From positions 835 to 64,834 of the forward strand of contig JBDRKO010000001.1 of the NCBI GenBank assembly GCA_043813915.1: a DNA stretch of 64,000 bases, read 5' to 3'. Source of the stretch: Candidatus Omnitrophota bacterium (GTDB taxonomy: Bacteria > Omnitrophota > Gorgyraeia > Tantalellales > Tantalellaceae). The position numbers were made by a program, and so were the translations under genes. Positions within the stretch are counted from its first letter, which is position 1. Each line of letters starts with the position of its first letter. The notes under the pieces were generated by a model. The model worked only from the letters and a program-made list of their open reading frames with translations, made no database searches and was not told the DNA's origin. Positions 1 through 8,931 of this stretch are shown one piece after another.

Positions 1-779
1 AAGAATATTTCCAGGACCGTGCCGTACAGGTCTCCTTTATATCCCATAAGGTTCACCTCAATATGAGGTTCTTCTCTTTTTTTCAGATGGCTTCCGTAAA
101 AAGTAGGTTTGAACCCCACGTTAAGAACGCCTTTACGCAATGTTCCGCCGACATCCACCATTACCGCGTAAACTCCGGGAGGAGGAATAACTTCCTGATG
201 AGGATCGATGTTGGCGGTAGGAGCGCCCAGGGTTCTCCCGCGCTGGTCACCCTTAACAACGGTTCCGAGAACAGATACCGGCCTCTCCAGAAGCTTTCCC
301 GCGGTAGTTATCTTTCCGGAAGATATAAGCTGTCTGAGCCAGGTACTGCTTACGGTCTTTTTCCCGCTGGTCACCGGGGATATTTTTTTGACATGTATAC
401 CGTACTTTTCACCCATGCGGATCAGCTCATACGGATCCCCTTTCCTTCCTTTCCCGAAATAAAAGTTCCCGCCCACATATACTTTTTTCGCGCCTGTCCC
501 GCGTATGACATTCTTAACGAAATCCTCCGCTGTCATCTCGGCCATCGCTTCCGTAAAGTGAAGCACGATAACGGCGTCCATCCCCATTTTTTCGAATATG
601 GAAAGGCGATGCTCGAGCGACATTATCCTAGGCGCTGTTTTCCCGGGACACAGAACTGTCCTGGGATGGGGATCGAAAGTCATCACTACCTTGTCACCGT
701 TTTTGTCGGCATCGTCCAGAAGCCCTTCAAGGACCTTTTTGTGCCCCTTGTGAACCCCGTCGAAAACCCCGATAGCCAT
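1..779 (-). CDS. ribF: Bifunctional riboflavin kinase/FMN adenylyltransferase (3' end truncated by window edge)
   Basis: Own translation of minus strand from ATG at 779: MAIGVFDGVHKGHKKVLEGLL...TANIDPHQEVIPPPGVYAV...; canonical RibF N-terminal FAD-synthetase and C-terminal riboflavin kinase motifs; not in ORF track because it runs off the window; sits downstream of truB as in many bacteria. Confidence 0.8.
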   Translation of the reverse strand, partial: MAIGVFDGVHKGHKKVLEGLLDDADKNGDKVVMTFDPHPRTVLCPGKTAPRIMSLEHRLSIFEKMGMDAVIVLHFTEAMAEMTAEDFVKNVIRGTGAKKVYVGGNFYFGKGRKGDPYELIRMGEKYGIHVKKISPVTSGKKTVSSTWLRQLISSGKITTAGKLLERPVSVLGTVVKGDQRGRTLGAPTANIDPHQEVIPPPGVYAVMVDVGGTLRKGVLNVGFKPTFYGSHLKKREEPHIEVNLMGYKGDLYGTVLEIF

Positions 780-810
780 AACGGGAGCTCTGAGCTCTTT
801 GGACGCTCCC

Positions 811-1494
811 TTATATCCGTATAATACTTTCACTGAACCTCTCCGCATCCATATTTTCCAGGGCATCGAAAGGGATAGCCCTGCTTAAGGTAAAGTCGCC
901 TGACCTTATCCTCCTCAGTTCCGTTAAATGCGCCCCGCATCCGAGTTTTTCTCCCATATCATCCGCGATCTGACGGATATAGGTCCCTTTGCCGCACGCG
1001 ACCCGGATCCCTACGTGTGGCAAGTCTATCCGCGTAACTTCGATCTCTTTTATGTTAATGATATTCGGCTCTCTTTTTACCGACAGACCTTTTCTGGCAA
1101 GGTCATAAAGTTTTTTTCCTTTCACTTTTTTTGCGGAGAACATGGGGGGAACCTGTTCCGACTCGCCTTTGAAACCCAGAACAACTGCCCTTATTTCCTT
1201 CTCTTTCACCGTAACGGGACGCTCGGATACCACTTTTCCGTCGGAATCCCCGCTTTCTGTCCGCTCTCCGAGTTTTACGACCGCGGTGTATTCCTTGTCC
1301 TGGTTAAGAAAAATACCCGACATTTTCGTAAATTTACCCAAAAGCAGGACCAGCACTCCCGTAGCGTTAGGATCAAGCGTCCCGGCATGCCCGACCTTCT
1401 TTACACCGAAATTCTTCCTGACGCGCGCCACAACATCATGACTTGTAACCCCTATTTTCTTGTCCACCACCAGGATCCCGCAAACGTCATCCAT
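811..1494 (-). CDS. truB: tRNA pseudouridine(55) synthase
   Basis: ORF 227 aa; GVTSHDVV...HAGTLDP motif typical of TruB; rbfA-truB-ribF neighbourhood. Confidence 0.9.
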   Translation of the reverse strand: MDDVCGILVVDKKIGVTSHDVVARVRKNFGVKKVGHAGTLDPNATGVLVLLLGKFTKMSGIFLNQDKEYTAVVKLGERTESGDSDGKVVSERPVTVKEKEIRAVVLGFKGESEQVPPMFSAKKVKGKKLYDLARKGLSVKREPNIINIKEIEVTRIDLPHVGIRVACGKGTYIRQIADDMGEKLGCGAHLTELRRIRSGDFTLSRAIPFDALENMDAERFSESIIRI

Positions 1495-1497
1495 AGC

Positions 1498-2481
1498 TCA
1501 CATATTCTCCCTTAATGCTTTCTCCACTTCCGATAATATCTCTTTTTTAGCCTGTTCCAATCCCGTGAGAAGTACGCAACCCGAGGCCTTTGTGTGTCCG
1601 CCCCCTCCGAAACGAGAAGCTATCCTGTTAACGTTTATCTTTTCCGAGGACCGAAAGCTTATGTTGATCTTTTTGGGATCATCTGTATTCTCCCGAAAGA
1701 ACACAGCTACCTCTACGCCTTTTACCGACCGGGCGAAGTTTATGAATCCGTCGGTAGGGATATTTTTGCCGTTCTCCCCGGCGCACATATCCTTGGTAAG
1801 GACCATATGCGCTATACGTTTGTCCTGCCCTATCGTTAAAGTGTTCAGCACCTTTCCCAGTATCCTCACTTCGGAAGGAGACCGCTGCTCGTATATCCTG
1901 CCGTACATGTCCCGCGCGGAAACACCCGTCTTCAGAAGCTCCCCGGCTATCATATGGGTTTCGGCCGAGGTATTGTCATAGTTGAACATACCCGTATCGG
2001 TAAGAATGGCCGCGTACAGGTTCGAAGCGATATTCCTGTCTATGCTGATCTTCATTTCCCTGGAAAGATTATATATCATCTCCCCCGCCGAACTGGCTTC
2101 TGTGTCTACCCAGTTCAGGTCCCCGAAGAACTCATTGCTGACATGATGATCGATGTTGACCTTGAACTGTTCTTCCGCGAACGCCCTGTAAATGTTCCCT
2201 ATCCTTTCCGGCACGGGGCAGTCGAGTATGACGGCGATGTGATCCTCAACTCCTTCCGGGATATTTTGTGAAACGGCCTCCGCTCCCGGCAGGAATTTCA
2301 GGTTCTCCGGGACCGGATCCTGATTAAGAACGATAACGCTTTTTCCCAGTTTTTTCAGCATGTGATACACCGCCAGCTGGCTTCCTATGGAATCTCCTTC
2401 GGGGTTGACATGGGCCGTAAGAAGAAAATTGTCCTTCGAGTTAAAAAGCTCCGCTATTTTTATTATGTTTTCTCTGTCCAC
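1498..2481 (-). CDS. DHH-family phosphoesterase (NrnA-like bifunctional oligoribonuclease/pAp phosphatase)
   Basis: 327 aa; DHH and DHHA1 motifs (LTAHVNPEGDSIGS..., DHH, GGGH); located between rbfA and truB. Confidence 0.75.
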   Translation of the reverse strand: MDRENIIKIAELFNSKDNFLLTAHVNPEGDSIGSQLAVYHMLKKLGKSVIVLNQDPVPENLKFLPGAEAVSQNIPEGVEDHIAVILDCPVPERIGNIYRAFAEEQFKVNIDHHVSNEFFGDLNWVDTEASSAGEMIYNLSREMKISIDRNIASNLYAAILTDTGMFNYDNTSAETHMIAGELLKTGVSARDMYGRIYEQRSPSEVRILGKVLNTLTIGQDKRIAHMVLTKDMCAGENGKNIPTDGFINFARSVKGVEVAVFFRENTDDPKKINISFRSSEKINVNRIASRFGGGGHTKASGCVLLTGLEQAKKEILSEVEKALRENM

Positions 2482-2497
2482 GACACGCCTTTCTGTT

Positions 2498-2848
2498 CTA
2501 TTGTTTTTCTTCCTCTATTTTTTTGAAGATCTCATCTATTGAATCTCCCCGGACCTTGGCCATATCCTCATAAAAAGATATTTGGGGGGTATATTTCAAA
2601 GACATCCTGTGCGCGATCTCCGCCCTGATGAACTTTGCCGCTCTTTTGAGCGCTTTCATCGCGGTCTCTTTTCTTTTGAGATCGCTTTCTCCGAGATCGC
2701 AGAACACTTTCGCTATCCGCATATCACGGGTTATTTCGACCCTGGTAATGATAAGCGGCAGGATATCGGGGTCATTAACATCTTCCTGCAGTATAACGGA
2801 TATCTCGTTCTTTATCAAACGGATGATCCTTTCCATTCTGTCTATCAT
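2498..2848 (-). CDS. rbfA: Ribosome-binding factor A
   Basis: 116 aa, RbfA-like KH fold sequence; conserved neighbourhood with truB. Confidence 0.8.
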   Translation of the reverse strand: MIDRMERIIRLIKNEISVILQEDVNDPDILPLIITRVEITRDMRIAKVFCDLGESDLKRKETAMKALKRAAKFIRAEIAHRMSLKYTPQISFYEDMAKVRGDSIDEIFKKIEEEKQ

Positions 2849-2882
2849 CTTCTGCTCTCTTTCTTTTCGCGAAAAGGCGCGC

Positions 2883-3695
2883 TTATCCTTCTAATTTATC
2901 CGGCAACGGATCGGTTAAGCCGGCGCTAAGATATGCGCCCGCTCCCAACTCATGTAAACGCGACAATATGGTCTTTGCGCTGTTTTCTTTAGCGATCAGG
3001 CCGAGCTCCTCTCTGATGCGGCGCCGCTCGGTTCTCGCCAACATACCGGCCAGTATCGCTTGCCGTATGAGCGCTTCTGTCCTTTCTTCTATGCGGAACG
3101 ATAATAACCTGCCCTCGAATCTTGCGGCCCTGAATATCCTCGTGGGGTCGTCGAAAAAACTTTTGTCGTGCAACGCGCGTATCCGCCCGTTCTTAATATC
3201 TTCCGCGCCGTCAAAAAGGTCAAGCACGTTCCCGCGATCAGCCGCGTTCATGCTCACCGCGATAGCGTTGACCGTAAAATCCCTGCGCGCCAGGTCCTCA
3301 CGGATAGTTCCGGGCCGCACTTCCGGCATGGCCGCCGGGGACGCATAGCGCTCTTTTCTGGTGCCGGCGAGATCTATCCTCACCTTATCATCCGGGAACA
3401 GCCTTCCCGACAGCGTCTCCGATCCTTTCACCAGAAGAGTTGCCGTTCCGAATTTTTTATATACGGTCAGCTTGCCCGGTATTTTTTTATTTATCTTCCC
3501 GGAAAATTTTATAGCGTCCCCTTCGACCGCGACATCAATATCCGCGTTTTCTTTTTCCAGAAAGAGATCGCGTACCGTTCCCCCCACCAGAAAGACCCGC
3601 TCTCCCGCGGCATCAGCAGCGTCACCTATGATTTTTAAGAACCCTTTGGTCTCAACCGAAAGTATCCTTTCGATAAGATCGCTGATATTGGTCAT
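2883..3695 (-). CDS. tRNA nucleotidyltransferase / poly(A) polymerase family protein (short, head domain only)
   Basis: 270 aa; LVGGTVRDLFL...DIDV nucleotidyltransferase motif of CCA-adding/PcnB family. Confidence 0.7.
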   Translation of the reverse strand: MTNISDLIERILSVETKGFLKIIGDAADAAGERVFLVGGTVRDLFLEKENADIDVAVEGDAIKFSGKINKKIPGKLTVYKKFGTATLLVKGSETLSGRLFPDDKVRIDLAGTRKERYASPAAMPEVRPGTIREDLARRDFTVNAIAVSMNAADRGNVLDLFDGAEDIKNGRIRALHDKSFFDDPTRIFRAARFEGRLLSFRIEERTEALIRQAILAGMLARTERRRIREELGLIAKENSAKTILSRLHELGAGAYLSAGLTDPLPDKLEG

Positions 3696-3746
3696 AATAG
3701 AACCTGTGTTTATTATAGCGTATAGAGTATAGCGTATAGAGAAAAA

Positions 3747-3830
3747 GTTTGTCGAGTTTGTAGTGTTTGTAGCGTTTGTTGAGTTAGCTCGACTGACGCT
3801 CTACTCTTTTAAACTGCCGTCTACGAACTC
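3747..3830. repeat. Family A palindromic repeat (GAGTTTGTAG x n ... CTACGAACTC), copy A1
   Basis: Left half tandem gagtttgtag-tgtttgtag-cgtttgtt, right half ctacgaactc; same architecture at 10831-10932, 34746-34842, 35096-35195. Confidence 0.7.
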
Positions 3831-4019
3831 CGAATTTTTGTACCGTTTGCTAATTTAGCTTTGAAAGTGTTCTGCTTCGCTCTTTAATAAGCTAGCGCCA
3901 TGGTAGAGCTTCGCAGGAACTAACCTCTTCGAAGCTGTGCACGAAAGTTGCACAGCGAAGAAGGGTGACCCCATTTTTGTGTTTAAAGGTGGCCCCTATG
4001 TATCCTAAACGCACCAGTT

Positions 4020-4097
4020 ACCAGACCAAAAAGTTTAAAAGTCTAAATGTCGAAAGTCAAAAGGTCAAAAGTCTGTTGAGTAAAATTTCCCGGAAAT
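4020..4097. repeat. Family C partial copy (AGTCTAAATGTCGAAAGTCAAAAGGTCAAAAGTC ... GTTGAGTAAA)
   Basis: Direct ~10-bp subrepeats shared with 29741-29830, 49893-50092, 51938-52135. Confidence 0.6.
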
Positions 4098-4200
4098 CTT
4101 TAATAGGGCTGCAAACGGGACACTTCCCGTTGGGAAATGTCCCCATATCCTGGGTTAGCGGGCATTGGTTCTCTTCTGCGCTTCACTAATAAAGCATCGA
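4098..4200. repeat. Family B element (GGGACACTTCCC-gtt-GGGAAATGTCCC hairpin plus conserved flanks), solo copy
   Basis: Shares start tctttaatagg, hairpin, ccatatcctggg...ttggttct...ttcactaat with copies at 20343-20457(inv), 21213-21338, 24640-24775, 61470-61560. Confidence 0.7.
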
Positions 4201-4204
4201 TCAC

Positions 4205-4250
4205 TACAACCCAAAAAACTCCACAAACTCCACAAACCCTACAAACTCTA
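4205..4250. repeat. Family A half-element (ctccacaaactccacaaaccctacaaactc)
   Basis: Reverse-complement form of the gagtttgtag subrepeat array; abuts Family B copy. Confidence 0.55.
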
Positions 4251-4263
4251 TTTCCTTCCCCTC

Positions 4264-5160
4264 TCAAGCACGCGGATGGAACTTTTCGTGCGTCTTTCTT
4301 AACCTGTCTTTATTCACATGCGTGTATATCTGCGTGGTGGAAATATCAGCGTGCCCCAGCATTTCCTGAACGCCCATCAGGTCCGCCCCGCCCTCCAATA
4401 GATGTGTCGCGAAAGAATGCCGCAAAGTATGCGGGGTTATATGTTTTAATATACCAGCCGCTTTCGCGTATTTCTTTATTATTTTCCATAAACTCTGGCG
4501 GGACAATTGTCTTCCGAATTTGGAAAGAAAAAGATGCTCGTCCTGCCGGCCTTTCAGGAGCTTTTCTCTGCCGTGTTCGAGATATTTCACCAAGGCTTTC
4601 TTCGCTTCCCGTCCCATAGGTACAATGCGTTCTTTGCCGCCCTTTCCGGAACATTTGACAAAATCGGACTCTAGATTAACACTGCCTCGTTTGAGCCCGC
4701 TGACCTCGGATACCCTGAGTCCCGAGGCATACATGATCTCCAGCACGGCTTTGTCCCTCAGATCCGCGGGTCTTTTCCCTTCGGGAGCCTCTATCAGGAG
4801 TTCGACTTCTTCTTTGCTCAGAACGTCCGGAATGCGTTTCCATGTCCTGGGTGTCTCCACCAAAGCGGCTACGTTCTCTTCGACTATACGTTCCGCCACA
4901 AGAAATTTACAGAATGTCTTTATGGCCGCGAGGTTCCTGGCAATGGTAGTAGCGGAGAGGTCTTTGTCCTTGAGCTGCATAAGGAACGCTACGAGGTCTT
5001 CCCGGCGCAATTTTACTATATCCGTATTTATGTCTTTAAGATATTGTGAAAGTTTTTTAAGATCACGGGTATATGCCTGGACAGTATTGCGGCTTACGGC
5101 TCTTTCCGCTTCCAGAAAGAAAACGAATTGTTCTATGGATTCTTCCATTTTCATGTTCAA
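4264..5160 (-). CDS. xerD: Site-specific tyrosine recombinase XerD/XerC family
   Basis: 298 aa; N-terminal SAM-like domain, C-terminal R..HxxR..Y catalytic residues (LRHSFATHLLEGGADL...GHADISTTQIYTHV). Confidence 0.85.
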   Translation of the reverse strand: MNMKMEESIEQFVFFLEAERAVSRNTVQAYTRDLKKLSQYLKDINTDIVKLRREDLVAFLMQLKDKDLSATTIARNLAAIKTFCKFLVAERIVEENVAALVETPRTWKRIPDVLSKEEVELLIEAPEGKRPADLRDKAVLEIMYASGLRVSEVSGLKRGSVNLESDFVKCSGKGGKERIVPMGREAKKALVKYLEHGREKLLKGRQDEHLFLSKFGRQLSRQSLWKIIKKYAKAAGILKHITPHTLRHSFATHLLEGGADLMGVQEMLGHADISTTQIYTHVNKDRLRKTHEKFHPRA

Positions 5161-5786
5161 AGGAAAGGGTTCTTTTCGCGCTCATGACCTATGGTGGTTT
5201 CCGGACCGTGTCCCGGCAAAACCCTAAAACTGTCGTCCAGCACCATCAGTTTGGTGACTATGGACCTGATGATCTCTTCCTGATCCCCGCCGGGATGGTC
5301 TGTACGGCCTATCCCTTCAAAAAAAAGCGTGTCCCCGGAAAAGACGAGATCTCCGCATTTTATCGAAACGCTTCCCGGGGTGTGTCCGGGTGTATGTATG
5401 ATCTCAAGCTCAATATTCCCTATCCGTATGCGCATCCCGTCATAAAGTATACGTTCGGCCTTAAGAGTTTCGCCCGGGGACGCCGGAAACGGAGAAAGAT
5501 TAAGCGCGGGATCGTTCAGGAATTTTTCATCCAGGGAGTGTATCATTACCGGATACCCGAAAGTCGCGTTCCCGCATATGTGGTCGGAATGTCCATGCGT
5601 GTTTATGGTCCACAATATCTCTAACCGCTGTTTTTCGATGTGATCGGCTATGACAGCGCTGTATTCCGGAGGGTCCACGAGCACACCTTTTCCGCTCGCG
5701 GGGTCATGTATGACATAACAGTTGGTGCTGATCGGTCCCGCTATGAACTGCTTATAGCAAGGGCGTTCATTTGTCGGGGAAGTCAT
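5157..5786 (-). CDS. MBL-fold metallo-hydrolase (glyoxalase II-like)
   Basis: 209 aa; HGHSDH and HTPGHTPGS motifs. Confidence 0.8.
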   Translation of the reverse strand: MTSPTNERPCYKQFIAGPISTNCYVIHDPASGKGVLVDPPEYSAVIADHIEKQRLEILWTINTHGHSDHICGNATFGYPVMIHSLDEKFLNDPALNLSPFPASPGETLKAERILYDGMRIRIGNIELEIIHTPGHTPGSVSIKCGDLVFSGDTLFFEGIGRTDHPGGDQEEIIRSIVTKLMVLDDSFRVLPGHGPETTIGHEREKNPFL

Positions 5787-6279
5787 TTCGTATCTTACCC
5801 CCCATCTTCTTATAGGTAAAATCTCTCTTTACCCTTCGGCCTATCTCTTCGAGTTTGCGGCGCATCTGAACCCTGTTGCCTCGGGTCACCCCTCCGCTTT
5901 TTATCTCCTGCTCTATCTCTGCCAGTTCGTCTACGTCTTTTTGGAGGAGAACGGCCCGGTCCTCCGTCAGCATATTCCTCATATCCATAAGATTGGAAAG
6001 TTCTTGCTCGACGGCAACCGTTATCTTTTTGCTGTTCTCTTTGGGCAGGACGTCTAAAAGTTCTTTATGCCAGGTCTTCCAAAAAACATACCGTTTGGTA
6101 TAAAGCTCAAGACTGGGCCGGACATCATATTCTTTAACGGCATAGAAACGTTTAGCCGAAACCTCTTCTTTCGGTTTTCTTACGAACTTATCTCTCAGCT
6201 GAGCGCACCCGGACGAAAGAACCGTCACCCCTAACAAGCATACCGCGTAACAGGTGATCCTGAACAAAAAGCGTAACAT
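5767..6279 (-). CDS. Hypothetical lipoprotein
   Basis: 170 aa; signal peptide with lipobox LSSGC; charged coiled-coil-like remainder. Confidence 0.5.
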   Translation of the reverse strand: MLRFLFRITCYAVCLLGVTVLSSGCAQLRDKFVRKPKEEVSAKRFYAVKEYDVRPSLELYTKRYVFWKTWHKELLDVLPKENSKKITVAVEQELSNLMDMRNMLTEDRAVLLQKDVDELAEIEQEIKSGGVTRGNRVQMRRKLEEIGRRVKRDFTYKKMGGKIRNDFPDK

Positions 6280-6330
6280 CCTTCTCCTCCTAAAACGTTT
6301 CCGGCATATACTGCGTAAAGATCCCTTTTC

Positions 6331-6609
6331 TCAAAACCGTATCCCAAAACCCGTAAAAGCCTTTTCGTCCGGGCCGGTCTTAACGGAACGTTCCGATATG
6401 AACTCCGACATCGACTCATCTATCCTGCGGATAAAGGTCTCGGCCTGGGACACCGGTCCTTCACAGACCATTTCAACGCTTCCATCCGGCATATTACGTA
6501 CGTACCCGTTCATTGCCAAGTTCTGAGCTATGCGGTTGACGGTGAACCTGAACCCCACTCCTTGGACCGTTCCGTGATATATCACCTGGAACCTTCGGCG
6601 CCTATCCAT
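6331..6609 (-). CDS. acyP: Acylphosphatase
   Basis: VQGVGFRF motif; start taken at internal MDRRRRFQVIYHGTVQGVGFR (92 aa) rather than the longer track ORF. Confidence 0.75.
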   Translation of the reverse strand: MDRRRRFQVIYHGTVQGVGFRFTVNRIAQNLAMNGYVRNMPDGSVEMVCEGPVSQAETFIRRIDESMSEFISERSVKTGPDEKAFTGFGIRF

Positions 6610-6659
6610 AAATACCTTGCGGATGACAAACAACAATATCCGTCAGTTTTGATCTAAAA

Positions 6660-6737
6660 TGGTCGGGGCGCTGGGATTTGAACCCAGGACCTCCACGTCC
6701 CGAACGTGGCGCGCTAGCCAAACTGCGCTACGCCCCG
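6660..6737 (-). tRNA. tRNA-Pro (anticodon CGG)
   Basis: Folded by hand: CGGGGCG acceptor with C1-G72, D-arm GCGC/AGTTTGGCTA, anticodon loop TTCGGGA, T-arm CTGGG/TTCAAAT/CCCAG, discriminator A, encoded CCA. Confidence 0.85.
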
Positions 6738-6774
6738 ACTGCGGTCACCGTGATATGACGCTGACGATATGGTA

Positions 6775-6805
6775 TCATTATAATATTGCAGCGTCAATAT
6801 GTATC
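6775..6805 (-). promoter_or_regulatory. Candidate sigma70 promoter for tRNA-Pro (TTGATA-N17-ATTATAAT)
   Basis: On minus strand ttgatacatattgacgctgcaatattataat about 40 nt upstream of tRNA 5' end. Confidence 0.35.
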
Positions 6806-7130
6806 AAGCTCCCGTAAGAAAATATTCCGGGTCCTTCAGCAAAGACTCATAGTATTCCGGTATCGGGACAAAAAATGTGCCCACTTCATAGACGCCGACT
6901 AACGCCCTCCGTATGGCCTTGAAAATGCCTACGCATACCCCGGCGGAAAGTCCGGCGAAAATGCCGCTTTTTTCATACTGGTCCATGAACCCTTTCGGTA
7001 TCTCGAATCCGCAGGTCACTATGTTGGCCGCCCCTCTCCCTAATTTTGTCGCGGGATTGTCCCTGGCGTAAAGGACGGATGACGATGCCATAATACATAT
7101 GGCCGTCAGACACACTACTATCTTTTTCAT
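6804..7130 (-). CDS. Small secreted protein, exosortase-system-associated TIGR04073-like
   Basis: Signal peptide then KLGRGAANIVTCGFEIPKG motif characteristic of TIGR04073 family; start chosen at MKKIVV. Confidence 0.5.
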   Translation of the reverse strand: MKKIVVCLTAICIMASSSVLYARDNPATKLGRGAANIVTCGFEIPKGFMDQYEKSGIFAGLSAGVCVGIFKAIRRALVGVYEVGTFFVPIPEYYESLLKDPEYFLTGA

Positions 7131-7161
7131 ATGCTCTCCTTTCTTGGACATTTCCTGCTCA

Positions 7162-7815
7162 TCATAAAAACCCGTTCTTTTCGAGCATGTCGCGCGTAAC
7201 GGGCCGGGTCAGCACACGCCCGTTCTCGGCCAAAGGCCCTCTCTTCTCTCCGTATTTCGCAATAATATCGAATTCTACATTTACATGATCTCCGGTCTTT
7301 CTGTCACTCAGTACTGTATTTTTAAGCGTATGCGGGATGAGGAAGACCCGGAAGAACGACGGGAACGTCTTTCCTACGGTAAGGCTGATCCCGTCAACGG
7401 CGACCGAACCTCTGTCCGCAAGATACTTGGAGTCTTCGGGTAAAGTCTTGATGTCCAAGATCCAGCCTTCCGATGTCCTGCGGTTACACGATACCTTCCT
7501 TTCTCCGTCTATATGTCCCGTTACCGTATGCCCGCCGATCCGCTCCCCGGACCTTAAGGCGCTCTCAAGGTTCACTTTATCATTGATCTTAAGACGCTTT
7601 ATATTGCTGCGCGTCAGTGTGTTCTTCACTACATCGAACATAAGCCCGTTTTTCGTTCTTTCCGTGACAGACAGACACACGCCGTTAACCGCCACGCTGT
7701 CGCCCGGCTCCTCTTCGACCGCTATTGCGCCGCACGCGACGGTAACGGACAAGCCGTCCCGCTTACGCGATATGCCGGATATCTTTCCTATCTCGGTTGT
7801 TATGCCGGCGAACAT
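7162..7815 (-). CDS. ribE: Riboflavin synthase alpha subunit
   Basis: 217 aa; MFAGI.TE.G N-terminus and duplicated lumazine-binding halves typical of riboflavin synthase. Confidence 0.85.
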   Translation of the reverse strand: MFAGITTEIGKISGISRKRDGLSVTVACGAIAVEEEPGDSVAVNGVCLSVTERTKNGLMFDVVKNTLTRSNIKRLKINDKVNLESALRSGERIGGHTVTGHIDGERKVSCNRRTSEGWILDIKTLPEDSKYLADRGSVAVDGISLTVGKTFPSFFRVFLIPHTLKNTVLSDRKTGDHVNVEFDIIAKYGEKRGPLAENGRVLTRPVTRDMLEKNGFL

Positions 7816-8921
7816 TTGTTCCTCCTGCCGGACAGAACCCCGGTTATCATGACGTCCTTACCGCTCATGCTGACTTCCACGGTCCGGAACCCGCGCATAT
7901 CCTTTATGCTCCTTGCGGTTTTTCCTTTCAGCGAGCTTACTCCCCCTCCAAGCAGCTTCGGGGCGATAAAAAAGACCGCTTCGTCGATCAAACCCTCATC
8001 CAAAAGGCTTCCGGCAAGCTCTCCTCCTCCCTCGAGGAGTATGTTCATCATGCCTCTTTCGGACAAAGACCGCAAAAAAGAATTTAAAGGCACCCGGCCT
8101 CCGCGGCTTTTCATGACAGTTATGTGGACTCCCGGTATTTTGCCGAGCTTATCTATTTTACGCGATGAGGCTTTTTCCGTCGTGCCGATGAAAACGGGCG
8201 CGATAGCGGACGTCCTGATCAGGCGTGACCGCGGCGATATTTTTAGCGCGCTATCGACGATGATCCTGGCAGGCCCGCGGGAAGGATCGCGTGAGCTCAA
8301 AAGAAGAGGGTCATCCGCTCTAATTGTATTCGAACCTACCATTATGCCGTCAAAAGACGCTCTCATTTTTTTAACAAGTCTGCGTGAAGACCCGCCGGAG
8401 ATCCATTTCGACGAACCGTCCGGCGCGGCTATTCTTCCGTCAAGTGTTTGCGCGAGTTTTAACGTGACATACGGCATACGATGCTTAATGTATTTGATAT
8501 ATTTTCGGTTAAGTTCACACGCGGCCGTTCTTTTTGTCCCCACAAAAACCTCGATCCCGCTTTTTCTCAGCCGGCGGATCCCTCTGCCGCGGTTGATCGG
8601 GTTAGGATCTTTCATGGCAACGTATACTTTTTTGATCCCGCTTTTTATTATTGCTTCGGTGCATGGAGGGGTTTTGCCGTGATGATCGCACGGTTCAAGA
8701 GTAACGAAGAGAGTTGCGCCGCCGCACGCGCCGCCGGCGTTCTTTATCGCCGCCGTTTCCGCATGAGCTCCGCCGAAACGTTTATGATACCCTTTCCCTA
8801 TGATCCTGCCGCGCCTGATCATGACCGCCCCGACCATGGGGTTAGGATACGTTCTTCCTTCGGCCTTGCCCGCCAGGGCCAGAGCTTCTTCCATATATTT
8901 TTCTTTATCCGCGTTTCTCAT
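7800..8921 (-). CDS. ribD: Bifunctional diaminohydroxyphosphoribosylaminopyrimidine deaminase / 5-amino-6-(5-phosphoribosylamino)uracil reductase
   Basis: 373 aa; HAE...PCxxC deaminase zinc motif then RibD reductase domain. Confidence 0.9.
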   Translation of the reverse strand: MRNADKEKYMEEALALAGKAEGRTYPNPMVGAVMIRRGRIIGKGYHKRFGGAHAETAAIKNAGGACGGATLFVTLEPCDHHGKTPPCTEAIIKSGIKKVYVAMKDPNPINRGRGIRRLRKSGIEVFVGTKRTAACELNRKYIKYIKHRMPYVTLKLAQTLDGRIAAPDGSSKWISGGSSRRLVKKMRASFDGIMVGSNTIRADDPLLLSSRDPSRGPARIIVDSALKISPRSRLIRTSAIAPVFIGTTEKASSRKIDKLGKIPGVHITVMKSRGGRVPLNSFLRSLSERGMMNILLEGGGELAGSLLDEGLIDEAVFFIAPKLLGGGVSSLKGKTARSIKDMRGFRTVEVSMSGKDVMITGVLSGRRNKCSPA

Positions 8922-8931
8922 GCTCCCTCTT

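Noticed and set aside
63-824. 253-aa plus-strand ORF at the window start
   Set aside because: It lies antisense to a clear ribF (riboflavin kinase/FAD synthetase) reading frame on the minus strand, which continues off the window edge. The plus-strand protein has no recognisable motifs.
3700-3760. dif site (XerCD target) next to xerD
   Set aside because: No 28-bp dif-like sequence with the conserved central ATAATGTATATTATGT-type core was found. The TATAGCGTATAGAG tandem does not fit.
3700-4262. CRISPR array suspected from short direct repeats (AGTC-AAAAG-GTC, GAGTTTGTAG, TATAGCGTATAGAG)
   Set aside because: Units are 7-14 bp, contiguous or degenerate, with no unique spacers of regular length and no cas genes. 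They are subrepeats of the dispersed Family A/C elements.
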